From Malacoraja senta (lineage: Eukaryota), in the NCBI GenBank assembly GCA_038087875.1, contig CM075988.1, forward strand, positions 11,100,001-11,164,000: a stretch of 64,000 bases of DNA, given 5' to 3'. Position 1 is the stretch's first letter. Each line of letters starts with the position of its first letter. A program made the translations under genes and the position numbers. Shown piece by piece: positions 48,944 through 60,947 of the stretch. The notes beneath the pieces are model-generated. The model was not told the origin of the DNA and ran no database searches. It saw nothing but the letters and a program-made list of their open reading frames with translations.

Positions 48944-49252
48944 GGTTTAGTTCTATTTTTGTTTCGAGATTCAACGTGGAAACAAGCCCTTCGGAACCAC
49001 CAAATCCATGCTGACCATAAATCACCTGTTCACTAGTTCTATGTTATGCTACTTTCTCATTCTACACACCAGAGGCAATTTACAGAAGCCATTTCACCTA
49101 CACGACTTTGGAATGTGGGAGGAAACCGGAGCACAAAGAAAAAACCCACACTTTCACAGAACTTGCAAACACAGCACAGACAGCACCCGTAGTCAGAATC
49201 GAACCCAGGTCTCTGGTGTTATAAGGCAGCAACTCTACCACTGTGCCGCCCT
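48944..49252 (-). mobile_element. HE1-type V-SINE
   Basis: Minus-strand head GGCGGCACAGTGGTAGAGTTGCTGCC, V-domain and tail. Confidence 0.83.
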
Positions 49253-52200
49253 GTGCATCAGCAGTTCTAGGTGTGGAAGAAACCAAGCTTCTCTCATAAC
49301 CTACCTACTTGAACAGTTTAATATAGTAACTCAAGAATACTTTCTTTGAAAATGGAGATATGCAGTGACCTGCATACTGCTAGCCTAGTTAAGATTGCAA
49401 AGTCCTCCTTTGTAAACATTTGAGGATTGATATCTGAAGCAGAACTGTTTCACAGACCGCAGGCAGAGTTGCACATATAGGCTCTCCTGTCATCATCCCA
49501 GGATGATGGTGGCACAGTAGTTTCTGATCTGAAAGGATGGACCAAGTGAAGTCTTATCATGTCAAGCAAGCAAACCTATTGATTGGTAACTATTCTCCTC
49601 TTGGAACTGAAGTGTGTGTACTTCACATATTGGACATACTCCGAAGAAGCACTGAAAGTTTCAAGGGATTAGCCATCTTGCTTCCCAACCGAAGATTTGG
49701 AGATTTTGACCAAAGGTAGACACAGTTGAAATGCCTGAAGCCTCACTGCAAAGAAGCAGCAGGGGTCATCTGGATAATGACCTGTCATTTGTTCTTTCAT
49801 TGCAATTGAATTAACACATATTTCCTTCTGAAATAGGAGACCATTACAGCCAAAAAGACTGTGCCAGTTCCTAGGTTCATAAATGATAGGAGGAGAATTA
49901 GGCCAATCAGTCCATCAAGTCTACTTCACCATTCAATCATGGCTGTGGCTGATCTATCTTCCCCTCTCAACCCCATTCTCCTGGTTCTTCCCATAATCCC
50001 TGACACCTCAGGTGTTCACAAGTAATCCATCCATTTGAAGTGGATTCCCCCAACATGGATGCAAGGAAAGTCCTGTCCCATTGACCAGTGCAAGAGTGAA
50101 TCAGCTTTCATCAGAGGGGACTACGTTCCTGTTTGTTCCCCAACCGTCTCTTTGTGCCCCATCAGCAGATTGATATTGCATCCTGCATCAGTGTCATGAG
50201 CCACTTTCTGCATGACCATGGACATTAATTACTCCAACCGGTTTGAAAATGTCATATCCATATTAATAGCATACCATCTTTACTTAGCTATTGATTTTAA
50301 CTCTCAATTCAATCATGCAGCACGTTAAAAAAATGTAATTATATTTCTGGGTTGTCATCTTTGCTTAGTGTCTTGCTATTAGATCTGAGATGCAACACCT
50401 GGATAGTTACAAGTGAGAATTTAGGCCATAAATTCTGATCTTGTTCTGTCGGCCTTAACTTTGCTTCAATTTAATTGACAGTATTAAATTATTCTTTAGA
50501 CCTGATAGATTATCTTTCCATTGTATTGATTGGTACCTACGATGCTGAGTGCATAACTTTATTGACTAATGTCAATTAACATGTTTCTTTTAAATCTACC
50601 TTATTTTTTATTGTAGCCTATTATGGTCCCGGAGCATGCTCTTGCAAATAACATGAATTTTAATCAATAATTGTCTCACAATTTTCCCACCTAAAACTAA
50701 ATCAATAACTTGAATATGTGGATGGCGGATTAGCAGTGCAAACTCAACTCCTGACTTTACTTGGAGCCGACAGCAGAATTATGCAGTAACTTGGCAGCAT
50801 CTCTATTCTTCTCTGAAGTGGTGGAACCAACATGTAGAGATATGAATAATGTTTAATTCCTTTGGCAAGTATGTTGCAGTTTGAATGAAGATTTTTCAAT
50901 GCCTGTCCCTCACCACTCCAATTAGTGATGTGTTTGAAGTCCTCTTGTCATTAATGAAGCATTAACATCCTGTTCAATAGCAGTAATTTTATTTTGAAAT
51001 TCAATCCCTATTTTTTAATGCTGCTCCATATTAGCAGTGATTTCTTTTTATGGTGTTATTTGCAATTACACTTTTTTCTTTGAAAGAGAAATAACTGCCT
51101 GGCCAAATAATTCCCATAAATTGTGAACAGCAAACACTTTAGAAATTGTCAGAATGGGACAATTCAAAGATATTGCATCTGTCTGATGAGAGCAGAGAAT
51201 ATAATCAACAATGGTTGACAAAATGAACAATGAAGATATAAGGGAAAATATATTGACAATTTGTGCAGTCTGACACTGCAGATTCTGTGTCCTTTCTCTG
51301 TACAGCTGTTTCACTGATCACACTTGGTGTCCTATTGAGAACCTTTTGCCAAAGTTGCAGAAGATGGAAATTAGCATTTAACAGGATAGTATGTCCTTGA
51401 CAACACACTCAATGGCCTCTTGAGAACTGTAAGTTATTGCAAAATAAAAACTGACTCTGGGAGCACAATGTTCATGGTATTATTCCTTCCCTATCAACTG
51501 TCCATGCTGAGTTCTAAGATGTCATGACCATTGCTGTCATTTGGTATTCTTCCAACAAAAGCTTTTCACTCCACCTTGGTACACGTGACAATAAACTAAA
51601 CTGAGAAACGGAGAACTCTTCCCACTGCTTCCCCTGAATGCTTGGGGTGATCTCAGATTGTGCTGTCATTGAGCAATGACCTTCAAGGATTCCATGTTTT
51701 GTGTTAACACCCAGCTAGGCCAGTGCTTTACTGCCTTGGTTGCAAAGTGGAAGCTCTGACATTTGTATCACACCAGACATTGTCTAGGTCGTAATCCCCA
51801 TGTTTATCTCAAGGTTTCAGGCAGCAACTTGAGTTTTGGCCCTGGAGATTTTGCCAATTTAACATCAAGAGAGAAAACTGGTCGAAAATTATTTATTTTA
51901 TGCTTTTTCATATAGTTCATGTTATCACAACTACTTATTTGGGATTGTATTTTTTTAATTTCCGTATTTAAAAAAAGCTGCATTCAATGCATATTGATAA
52001 ACATCAATTGGCCATTTAGTCTCTCAGCTCTGTGTGATACTACAGGGAGATTGGATTAATGTATTAATTCAATTTGGCTCTTTGGATAATCTTACACGTC
52101 TCGTTCAGCCTCAGCGGATGGATAAAACTAGTCAAGCTCATCAAAAACTTTGAAGACTCTTAAAGCTTTATTTAGACTGTGCATATATCACAATAAGTTA

Positions 52201-52510
52201 ATTTAAATGCAAATACTACAAATATATTATTGTGGTGGTGGGCTGGGTCAAGATCTTTTTTCCAATGAAAAAAGTTGATGAATAAGTTTTATTTACCTTT
52301 ATAATGATTCAGATATTTACAACTTTCAAGATTTGCTGCAGGCAAATTCTAGCATCCCAACATAATTTTCATTGCCCATCTATTGACGTGGAAATCTTTA
52401 TCAAGTGCCACCCACAATGGTTCAGAGATGTTTGTTTCTGTTCATACATGCTGGTCTTTTAGGATTTCCTCTCAGACTAGAGCATGCTCAAAATGTTCAG
52501 CAGACACTCT

Positions 52511-52826
52511 TTAGTTTAGTTTAGTTTAGAGATACAGCACAGAAACAGGCCCTTTGGCCCACCGGGTCCGCGCCGACCAGCAAACCCCACACATTAACAC
52601 CCTCCTACACCCACTGGGGACAATTTTTACATTTACCGAGCCAATTATCCTACAAACCTGTACGTCTTTGGAGTGTGGGAGGAAGCCGAAGATCTCGGAG
52701 AAAACCCACGCAGTTCACGGGGAGAACGTACAAACTCCGTACAGACAGAACCCGTAGTCGGGGTTGAACCCGGGTCTCCGGCGCTGCATTCGCTGTAAGG
52801 CAGCAACTCTACCGCTGCGCCACCGT
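52511..52826 (-). mobile_element. Young full-length HE1-type V-SINE
   Basis: CpG-rich, intact A/B boxes, V-domain and (TAAAC)4 tail. Confidence 0.92.
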
Positions 52827-53137
52827 GACTCTCTTGTTCCTCTTGACAAAAAAATTCCACCAAATGTTAGTACATGTTGGTTTCCCATTAATTAAAAGTA
52901 CACTTGATGAAGGCTTTCTTGTCTAGTGTAGTTCAGTTAAGAGATACAGCATGAAAATAAGCCCAAAGCCTACCGTGTCTACACTGACCATTGATCACCC
53001 GTTGACGCTATTTCTATGGTATCCTTCTCCTTGTAATTTGGTCAAACCTGTACAAAAGCTTATCCTTCATGAGACATTTTTGTTATTTTTTTCCTGTCCG
53101 ATAATACTTTTTTTTCATCGTAAGTATTATTGTAATG

Positions 53138-53283
53138 TTGAAGGAACATTTAGACAGGAACATGGATAGGACAGGTTTAGAAGGATATGGGCCAAACAGC
53201 TAAGTGGGACTAGAGTAGATGGGACATGTTGGTCGGTGTGGACAAGTTGGGCCGAAGGGCCAGTTTCGATGCTGTATGACTCA
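53138..53283 (+). mobile_element. CR1 3' UTR fragment
   Basis: Same UTR as 430-574 (ATGGATAGGACAGGTTT..GGGCCGAAGGGCC..TATGACTC). Confidence 0.8.
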
Positions 53284-54385
53284 ATTGTATTGAAACATCT
53301 AAGTTTCTTTGAACGTACCGTTTCCAGCTTTTACCACATAAAATTATAGTAAATATCCTTTTGTAATACAAAATTGATGATTATCACGTCTGCATTATTT
53401 CAGTTTTTTTTTGCACATTCTCTTAATCTATCAATCTCGCTGCAATGTTGTGTTCATTTATATTGCTTACAGCGCCAATGATCTTTTTATATGAACAAAC
53501 ATTGGGATGAAGCTCTCTGTTACGTTATGGTTGCAAGCACAAAACAGCATCTCTTCCCTTTGATTTAAATTCACAAACATTATTGTTTTCACTGTAGTCT
53601 CCTGCCTAGCCATTCTCCTTAACATGTCTAAAATGGTTTTCATTTCATGAGTTTTAATCTTAGCTAAGGATGTACATTTACTGATCCTTCCATGAAAACT
53701 TGCTTAAATTGCTTATAAACATTCTCTTTTCTTGTTCCTTTCTCAAAAATAATCGCAATTACTTTGGTTAGATGTGACGTACCCTTAACAAATCTATTGT
53801 GTTCAAAATCCTGTCTTTTGTTTTGGTTCAAACATCAGTTTGGTTCAAATTTCTCAAATGCTCAATCACTTATTTCTTAATTGTGTCTTCCACTAACAGC
53901 CACCACAGAAATGAACATTTGGCAAAAGCAATAATAATGTTCTCATTTATAACTTTTTAAAATGCAGAGTAAAAACAACCATCAGTCACGTGCAATAACT
54001 ATGTTTAAACTGTTTTCAATTATGTTAACTGTAGTGGCTTGCAATTCTGCATCATTTAATGGTGTCTTTGAAATATTAAGTATTTAGTTCTCTTCATTGT
54101 GAAGGTAGATGCTAATTAATTACTTTTTCAATTCTGCTGTTTTCTCATTTTCATCTGCAATGTTAACTGCATCTGATTTAACAGACCCACATAACACTTA
54201 ACAACTTGAGCGCTGTTGAACGGCGAAGCATTATGTTAAATATAGTATACGAAAGAAATGTCAGGATTTAATTGTAGGATAGCAATAACAAAACACTTTT
54301 AATAGCAAATGTTGAGATGTAACAGGAACATTTATTATTATATATGTGATAATGCTGTTTGGTTGCTGAAGAAATTGTAACTGTT

Positions 54386-55218
54386 GGTGGCACAGTGACA
54401 CAGCGAGAGAGTTGCTGCCTTAAGGGGCTGTCCCACTTGGAAAACCTAAATGGCGAGTTTAGAAGAGTTTGGGAGAGTTTGAAAAAATGTCATGTTGAAG
54501 ACCTCCTTCGACTATGTAGAAGACGTCATTTGACCTCCTTCGACTATGTTGAAGACCAGCTTCGACTAGCTACGACTAACTTCGGGAAAATTGGACACCG
54601 AATAGTGGAGAGTGAAGACGACCTCCTTCGACCTCCCTTCGACTATGATGAAGACTACGACCAACTTTGATTACCTACGACTAGCATGCCAACCTACTAC
54701 GACTAAACGTACGAGTAAAAAAAGTATTGATTCTTTCCATGGCGACCTATTTTTACTCGCGGGCATTTTTCAACATGTTGAAAAATATGCCGCGACCTAG
54801 CTGAGGCCTCGAGTACACGGGGACTACACTTGAGCATGAAGGAGAGTTACAAAGACCTCCTACGACCTTGTGTCGACCATGCTGCGAGTATGAGTCGCGG
54901 GCAAACTCGCCAGAACTCGAGGATTAGGTTGCCCAAGTGGGACAGCCCCTTTACAGCGCCAGAGACCCGGGTTCAATCCTGACTACGTGTACTGTCTGGA
55001 TGGAGTTTGTATGTTCTCCTTTGGTTTTCTCCAGGTGCTTCGGTTTCATCCCACACTCCAAAGACGTACAGGTTTGTAGGTTGATTGGCTTCAGTAGAAA
55101 TTGTAAATGATCCCTAATGTGAAGGATAGTGCTTGTGTATGGGGGTGACAGGTCGGCATGGATTTGGTGGGCCGAAGGGACAGTTTCTGCTCTGTATCTT
55201 TAAACTAAATTAAACTAA
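54386..55218 (+). mobile_element. HE1-type V-SINE interrupted by a Harbinger MITE
   Basis: GAGTTGCTGCCTTA | MITE | TTACAGCGCCAGAGACCCGGGTTC. Removing the MITE restores the SINE. Confidence 0.88.
54423..54950. mobile_element. PIF/Harbinger MITE (528 bp)
   Basis: 18-bp TIR AGGGGCTGTCCCACTTGG. Canonical TTA TSD at 54420-54422 and 54951-54953. Internal ACCTCCTTCGAC repeats. Confidence 0.92.
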
Positions 55219-55464
55219 TCTAAATTGCTCTTCAACTGAATTTCCATCTATCTGTGAGTAGATCCTTTCTTGTTTTGAATAGTTCTTCACTAAAATATGC
55301 TGGGGCCTGGGACTTTTCAAATAGTTAGTGCCCTGGTCTGATTGCTATTTCATCCAAGAGTCATTCAGCAAAGTAACAGTACCTTTGGCCCCCATGTCCA
55401 TGTTCGCCATTGGACATCAGACCACACTTGGTGATTTAAAAGTTCTTCATAAATGTCATGCCAG

Positions 55465-55820
55465 TCTCTGGTTCCACCACCCCCTTGTGACATTGTCTTC
55501 TAGATTCTACTCGCCTTCATGGTAGAGAAAGTTTTTTCCACAGATCCCCTTTAAACCTTTTACTCATCTTTCTAGTTTTGGGCACCTCTGTTAGCAAGAC
55601 AAGTTTCCTACAATCTACCCTATCTATTCCCCTCATTGTTTTGTACACCTCTATCAGATCTGCCCCAGCCCCTTTACACCTCATCTTCCTCAGCTTCCTC
55701 CACAAACACAGTCTCTTCTCAGATATAGAATGCTACACCCTCAACATTGTGGTGAATCTCCTCTCTAACTTATCCAATGCTTTCATGTACTTCTGAGAGT
55801 GTGGCGAAGAGCACTGTACA
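55465..55820 (-). mobile_element. Degraded CR1 3' fragment
   Basis: Minus-strand DLIEVYKTMRGIDRVD. Confidence 0.75.
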
Positions 55821-55969
55821 GATTTTTTGATCTGAGAAGATCAGGAGAGAAGTTTATCGAGGAATTTGATGTCATGGGAGATTGCAATAGAGAAGCAAAC
55901 AAACACATGTTCTCATTGGCAGAAGAGTTAAGAATCAAAGAAGATGGAATATAAACCCTCTAAATAGAG

Positions 55970-56180
55970 CAGGGGTTCCCAACCTTTTTTGTCCCATTTA
56001 CCCCTGACAACTTTAATGGCACATAACAATGTTATTTCATTTATTTATGAACAACTAATGATGAACAGATACCATATACCAGAACCAAACACAGTCAGTC
56101 AATGAGGAAAAATATGTACAAATCCAGAATAACAGATTTACCGAAATTAGGCAAAATTTACCCCAGGTTGGGAACCCTGG
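55970..56180. mobile_element. hAT-Charlie-type MITE
   Basis: TIRs CAGGGGTTCCCAACCT and AGGTTGGGAACCCTGG. Imperfect 8-bp TSD AAATAGAG / AAATAAAC with central TA. Confidence 0.8.
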
Positions 56181-56206
56181 AAATAAACTAGTCTGCCTAA
56201 TTAATA

Positions 56207-56305
56207 GGTGGTAGTCAAAAATGCTGGAGAAACTCAGCGGGTGAGGCAGCATCTATGGAGCAAAGGAAATAGGGAACGTTTCAGGTTGAAACCCTTCTTC
56301 AGACC
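56207..56305 (-). mobile_element. PLE terminal fragment with 12-bp TSD
   Basis: TSD GCCTAATTAATA at 56195-56206 and 56306-56317. Minus-strand CTGAAGAAGGGTTTCAACCTGAAACGTT. Confidence 0.82.
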
Positions 56306-56844
56306 GCCTAATTAATAAATTGTTCTTGAGCTCTTGCTGTCATAGAGAGTTATACAGCGTGGAAATAAACCCTTCCCAATCTATTCCTTTAATGAGTTTG
56401 TACACCTCTCAAGGATCACCAATAATTTTCTTGAGCTCCACGAAGAAAGCCTAGCCTGCTCAACCTGTCTCTAGCTTTTAACCACTTAAAATAATTGAAA
56501 CTTTTATTTTGCAATTGAACATGTACAATCTATATTGACTCCGGAATGCACAGCTGCAAGAGTAGCAAAAGCATTCTGAAAGAAACTGCAGAAGAACATG
56601 GAGGATAAAAACAAATGCCCTTAATGGGGAGAGAAGTGGTGAGCAGAAATTGCAAGAAGTCACCAGGGACGTGATGACCCAAATGGACTCTTACACTGCT
56701 GTTGTTCTCCCACACAGTGAGTTCATCTAAATCTGGCCTACTGGGCATCTACCTAACTTCCTCCTCATCTTACTGTTGTTCGAGGAACGCTGAGGCCGTA
56801 TACAAGAAGGACAGAGCTGGCTGTACTCTTTAAGAAGGGTGCCA

Positions 56845-57297
56845 TCTCCTTTGCTGTCATGTACTGGGGCAGCAGGCCGAAGGCCGGGGATGCCAATAGG
56901 ATTACCAAACTCATCAGCAAGGCTGGCTCCGTCCCATGGGCGGTGGTCTTGGAGGGGAGGATGCTCCTCAAACTGTGGAACATCTTGGACAATGCAGCTC
57001 AACCCCTTCATGACACACTGGTCAAACTGAGGAGTACTTACAGCATCAGATTGGTTCCACCAAGATGCAGTGCAGAACGCCACAGAGATCCTTCTTCCCT
57101 GTGGCTATCAAACTGTACACCTTCTCCCACTTCTATCGTGGGTAGACTGACTCCCTCCCCCCCCCCTCCCCTCCCCAATCTTCGCACATCTCCAATCCTT
57201 TCCACTCGTCACTTTAATTTCATGTATTTTATGTTTTATGACTGTTGGCAGATCAATTTCCTCCTGGGATAAATAAAGTTCTATCGTATCGTATCAT
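56845..57297 (+). mobile_element. Rex1/Babar 3' fragment with (TCGTA)n tail
   Basis: WGSRPKAGDANRITKLISKAGSV..LEGRMLLKLWNILDNAAQPLHDTL..RLVPPRC. Confidence 0.85.
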
Positions 57298-57879
57298 ACC
57301 AATTGTCCTAAGCTCAAGAATTCCTTCCTAAATATTTCTACCACTCTTCTCCTCTAAGCTGTTGCATAAAACTGATTACTTTGATCAGACTTTTGATCAC
57401 ATCATAATTCATCGCAACTTGACTTGCTTTCAATTACTGTACGATCCATACTCCTGTGCAATGCCTTGGGACATTTGTCAAAATTAGTTTTTAAATAAAT
57501 TCAATGATGAAATTGACTTAATGCTCAAAACATTCAGCAAGGTAGGAGCACCTGGTGAAGGGTTGATGAAAATTCATTGACCTGAAACATAAACTGTTTT
57601 TCTCGCCCGAGTATTTTTGGTGCCTTCAATAATACCATCAGTTTTCTTATTTTATTTCAGACGTCTATTTGCTGTTATATAAATTGTCATTTTAGCCAGT
57701 GCATTTTATGCATATAATTCCACAGATGTCAGTGGTCTCAGGAAGTCTGTCAAATTAATAATTCACCTATGTGAGTGCAGATGGTGTGCATCCAAGTGTT
57801 ACTGAAGATATCCGTGATAATGGAACCTTACTTCCTCTGTAACTGAGGTGTTAATTCCGCAAGGCCATCACCTAATAAA

Positions 57880-58042
57880 ATTGCCTAAGTAGGACAGGCC
57901 CTTTACAGGTTTGTCGGTTAATTAGCTTGGGATAAATGTAAAAATTACCCAGTGTAGGATCGTACTAAGTGCGGAGATTGCTGGTTTTGGTGGGCTGAAG
58001 AGCCTGTTTCCACCTGTGTCTCTAAATGAAACTAAGCTAAAC
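57880..58042 (+). mobile_element. Harbinger MITE right-end remnant fused to the 3' half of an HE1 SINE
   Basis: AAGTAGGACAGGCCCT followed by TTACAGGTTTG, then the SINE tail. Confidence 0.6.
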
Positions 58043-59717
58043 TGACCTCTTTCTGAACTTTAATTATTTCAATAAAATTACCTCTCATTCTTCTGAACAT
58101 TCAGCGAGTACAGGTCCAACCTGTTTAACAGTCTTTCACAGGACAACTTATCATTCCAGAAACGAGTAATCAGACTGAGCTGCACCTAAGTGATTACATC
58201 CTGTTGCCAATGCTTGCTTTTTGTCCATTGAGTACATAAGCTGTCATAATAACATCAGAATTTGCTTCTGAATCCCCCTACCAACGCCCCACCCAAAAAA
58301 AACCATACTATACAATATCCTTTTTTTCCTCTTTAAATTTAAGTGACACATTATATTTCACAGAAAAAGCAATTGTAAACCCCCTCCAATACAAACCCCC
58401 ACTTAACCATAACATATCAGTGCAGTTTAGTTTGAAGTTGAACAAGTGTACCATCATTCAAAGCGCTAGTCTGCGGAAACTTAACTGCTGTTTGAAGTTG
58501 CTTTTATGTCAGTCTTTACCCAGCCTTCCACTTACCCCCACCCAACCAAAAAACAAACCACCCCACCAAACCAACCTACCCCAATAACACCTCCACTGAC
58601 AACCCATCCATTTGCTCAAGGCTGTCATTGCTAAAGGGGAGGCAGTCACATTTGTCTGCTATACTGAGAAGGTTGTCAGTGTGACCAATTGCTGATCCAG
58701 TTATACTCCCTGTCTGACAATTCAGACAGAACCGGTCTTCTCCGCGCATACACAGCACGTTAACAGTCAACATGTTACACTCAAGACCACTCCAAACATG
58801 ATACAGTCTTGTGGAATAATAAAAACCTCCCAATGCAGATACCTACTGTTTCATTTCTCATCACAGGTTTTTCAAGTCTGGAGTCCCACAGGTTTTCAGT
58901 CTGGAGTCAATCAGAGTGTTGTATATTATGAATAGTCTGACGATGATAAAAACATGAAAGAACGCTACAACAACCAGAACTACTCCCCCTGAACTTTCAA
59001 CATGAGTCTGGAATTCCATGCTCTCAAAGTTAGATGTTGCATTCTCAACCAGGCACTCAGGGTAAGCTCTGTGCTCTTTTTCAAAGTACTCTTCTCAGTC
59101 AAAGTTAGGCCTGTCTTCCTCCTCCATTTCTTGGAGAAATCCATGTCCTCAGGTGTACTGGAAGGTGGATTTGGTTGATGAATATTTGTGAGGAGAAGCA
59201 TGAAGAGGCTTCGAGGGAATATAAAAAGGTTATGTGAGTGGGTTGTTATATGACAGGTGGAATTTAATGTGGAAAAAATGTGAGGATTTCCACTTTAATA
59301 CCCAAACAGAAAAGAATGTCTTATCAATGAAAACAGGGAGGAAAATATGAAATGTTCAGAAAGATAAAGGTGGCCTTATAAACAACCCATTGAAAGCTAA
59401 TATATATGCTTTTAGAAAGACGAATAGTATTTTGTCCTGATAGCAGTACTGAAGTAAGCAATTGTGTCATTTCTTGGGGAGATGGAACCTGCAATATTGG
59501 GTAAAATATTGGTCTTCTTTCTTCGAAGAGTATGTATTTCTTACAGCGGGAGCTCAGCAAGAAATTCTCCAATTCTCCAGACTAGTAAAAAGAGACACAA
59601 AGTGCTGGACTCTGGAAAACGTGGATAAGTGAGGTTTTGAACTTCAAACTCAGAAAATGAAGTTTTGGGTCAGGACCCTTCTTCAGACTGGTTGTGGCGG
59701 GAGAGTGGGGAGAACAA

Positions 59718-59895
59718 ACGTGGGTTTTCTACGGGTGCTCCGGTTTCCTCCCACACTACAAAGACCCACATTTGGCTTTGGTAAATATTGTAAATTGTCC
59801 CTGGTGTGTAGGACAGTGTGAGTGTATGGGTATTGCTGGTTGGCATGGGACTTGGTGGACCTGTTTCTGCCCTGTATCTCCAAACTAAACTAAAC
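59718..59895 (+). mobile_element. HE1-type V-SINE 3' half
   Basis: GGGTGCTCCGGTTTCCTCCCACAC...(AAACT)n. Confidence 0.8.
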
Positions 59896-59949
59896 TTATA
59901 ATGAATTTCACGTTACCTCAGTACTTCTGACAAATAAAGTACCACTGAA

Positions 59950-60947
59950 CCCAGCTATTTACAATATACATCAATGATTTAGATGAAGGGATGCAAAGTA
60001 ACATTAGCAAATTTGCAGATGACATAAAGCTGGGTGGCAGTGTGAACTATGAGGAGGATGCTATGAGAATGCAGGGTGACTTGGACAGGTTGGGGGAGTG
60101 GGCAGATGCATGGCAGATGAAGTTTAATGTGGATAAATGTGAGGTTATCCACTTTGGTAGCAAAAACAGGAAGGCAGATTACTATCTAAATGGTGTCAAG
60201 TTGGTAAAAGAGGAAGTACAAGGGGATCTGGAGGTCCTTGTACATCAGTCTATGAAAGTAAGCATGCAGGTACAGCAGGCAGTGAAGAAAGCAAATGGCA
60301 TGTAGGCCTTTATAACAAGAGGAATCGAATATAGGAGCAAAGAGGTCCTTCTGCAGTTGTACAGAGCGCTAGTGAGACCACACCTGGAGTATTGTGTGCA
60401 GTTTTGGTCCCCTAATTTGAGGAAGGACATTCTTGCTATTGAGGGAGTGCAGCGTAGGTTCACTAGGTTAATTCCCGGGATGGCGGGACTGTCATATGCT
60501 GAGAGAATGGAGCAGCTGGGCTTGTACACTCTGGAGTTTAGAAGGATGAGAGGGAATCTCATTGAAACATATAAGATTGTTAAGGGCTTGGACACGCTAG
60601 AGGCAGGAAACATGTTCCCGATGTTGGGGAGTCCAGAACCAGGGTCCACAGTTTAAGAATAAAGAGTAAGCCATTTAGAACGGAGATGAGGAAACACTTT
60701 TTCTCACAGAGAGTGGTGAGTCTGTGGAATTCTCTGCCTCAGAGGACGGTGGATGCAGGTTCTCTGATGCTTTCAAGAGAGAGCTAGATAGGGCTCTTAA
60801 AAATAGCAGAGTCAGGGGATATGGGGAGTAAGCAGGAACGGGGTACTGATTGGGATGATCAGCCATGATCACATTGAATGGCGGTGCTGACTCGAAGGGC
60901 CAAATTGCGTACTCCTGCACCTATTGTCTATTGTCTATTGTCTATTG
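59950..60947 (+). mobile_element. 5'-truncated CR1 LINE (RT C-half and 3' UTR)
   Basis: SNISKFADD, LDRLGEWADAWQMKFNVDKCEV and [15 protein letters not shown], with an in-frame stop at ~60303. (CTATTGT)n tail. Confidence 0.95.

Noticed and set aside
54359..54800. ORFs inside the 528-bp MITE
   Set aside because: They span the SINE/MITE junction and derive from internal short repeats, with no recognisable domain.
58576..59201. 85-aa and 73-aa minus-strand ORFs in unique DNA
   Set aside because: No recognisable domain, non-ATG or weak starts, and no consistent splice structure. The lengths are expected by chance.
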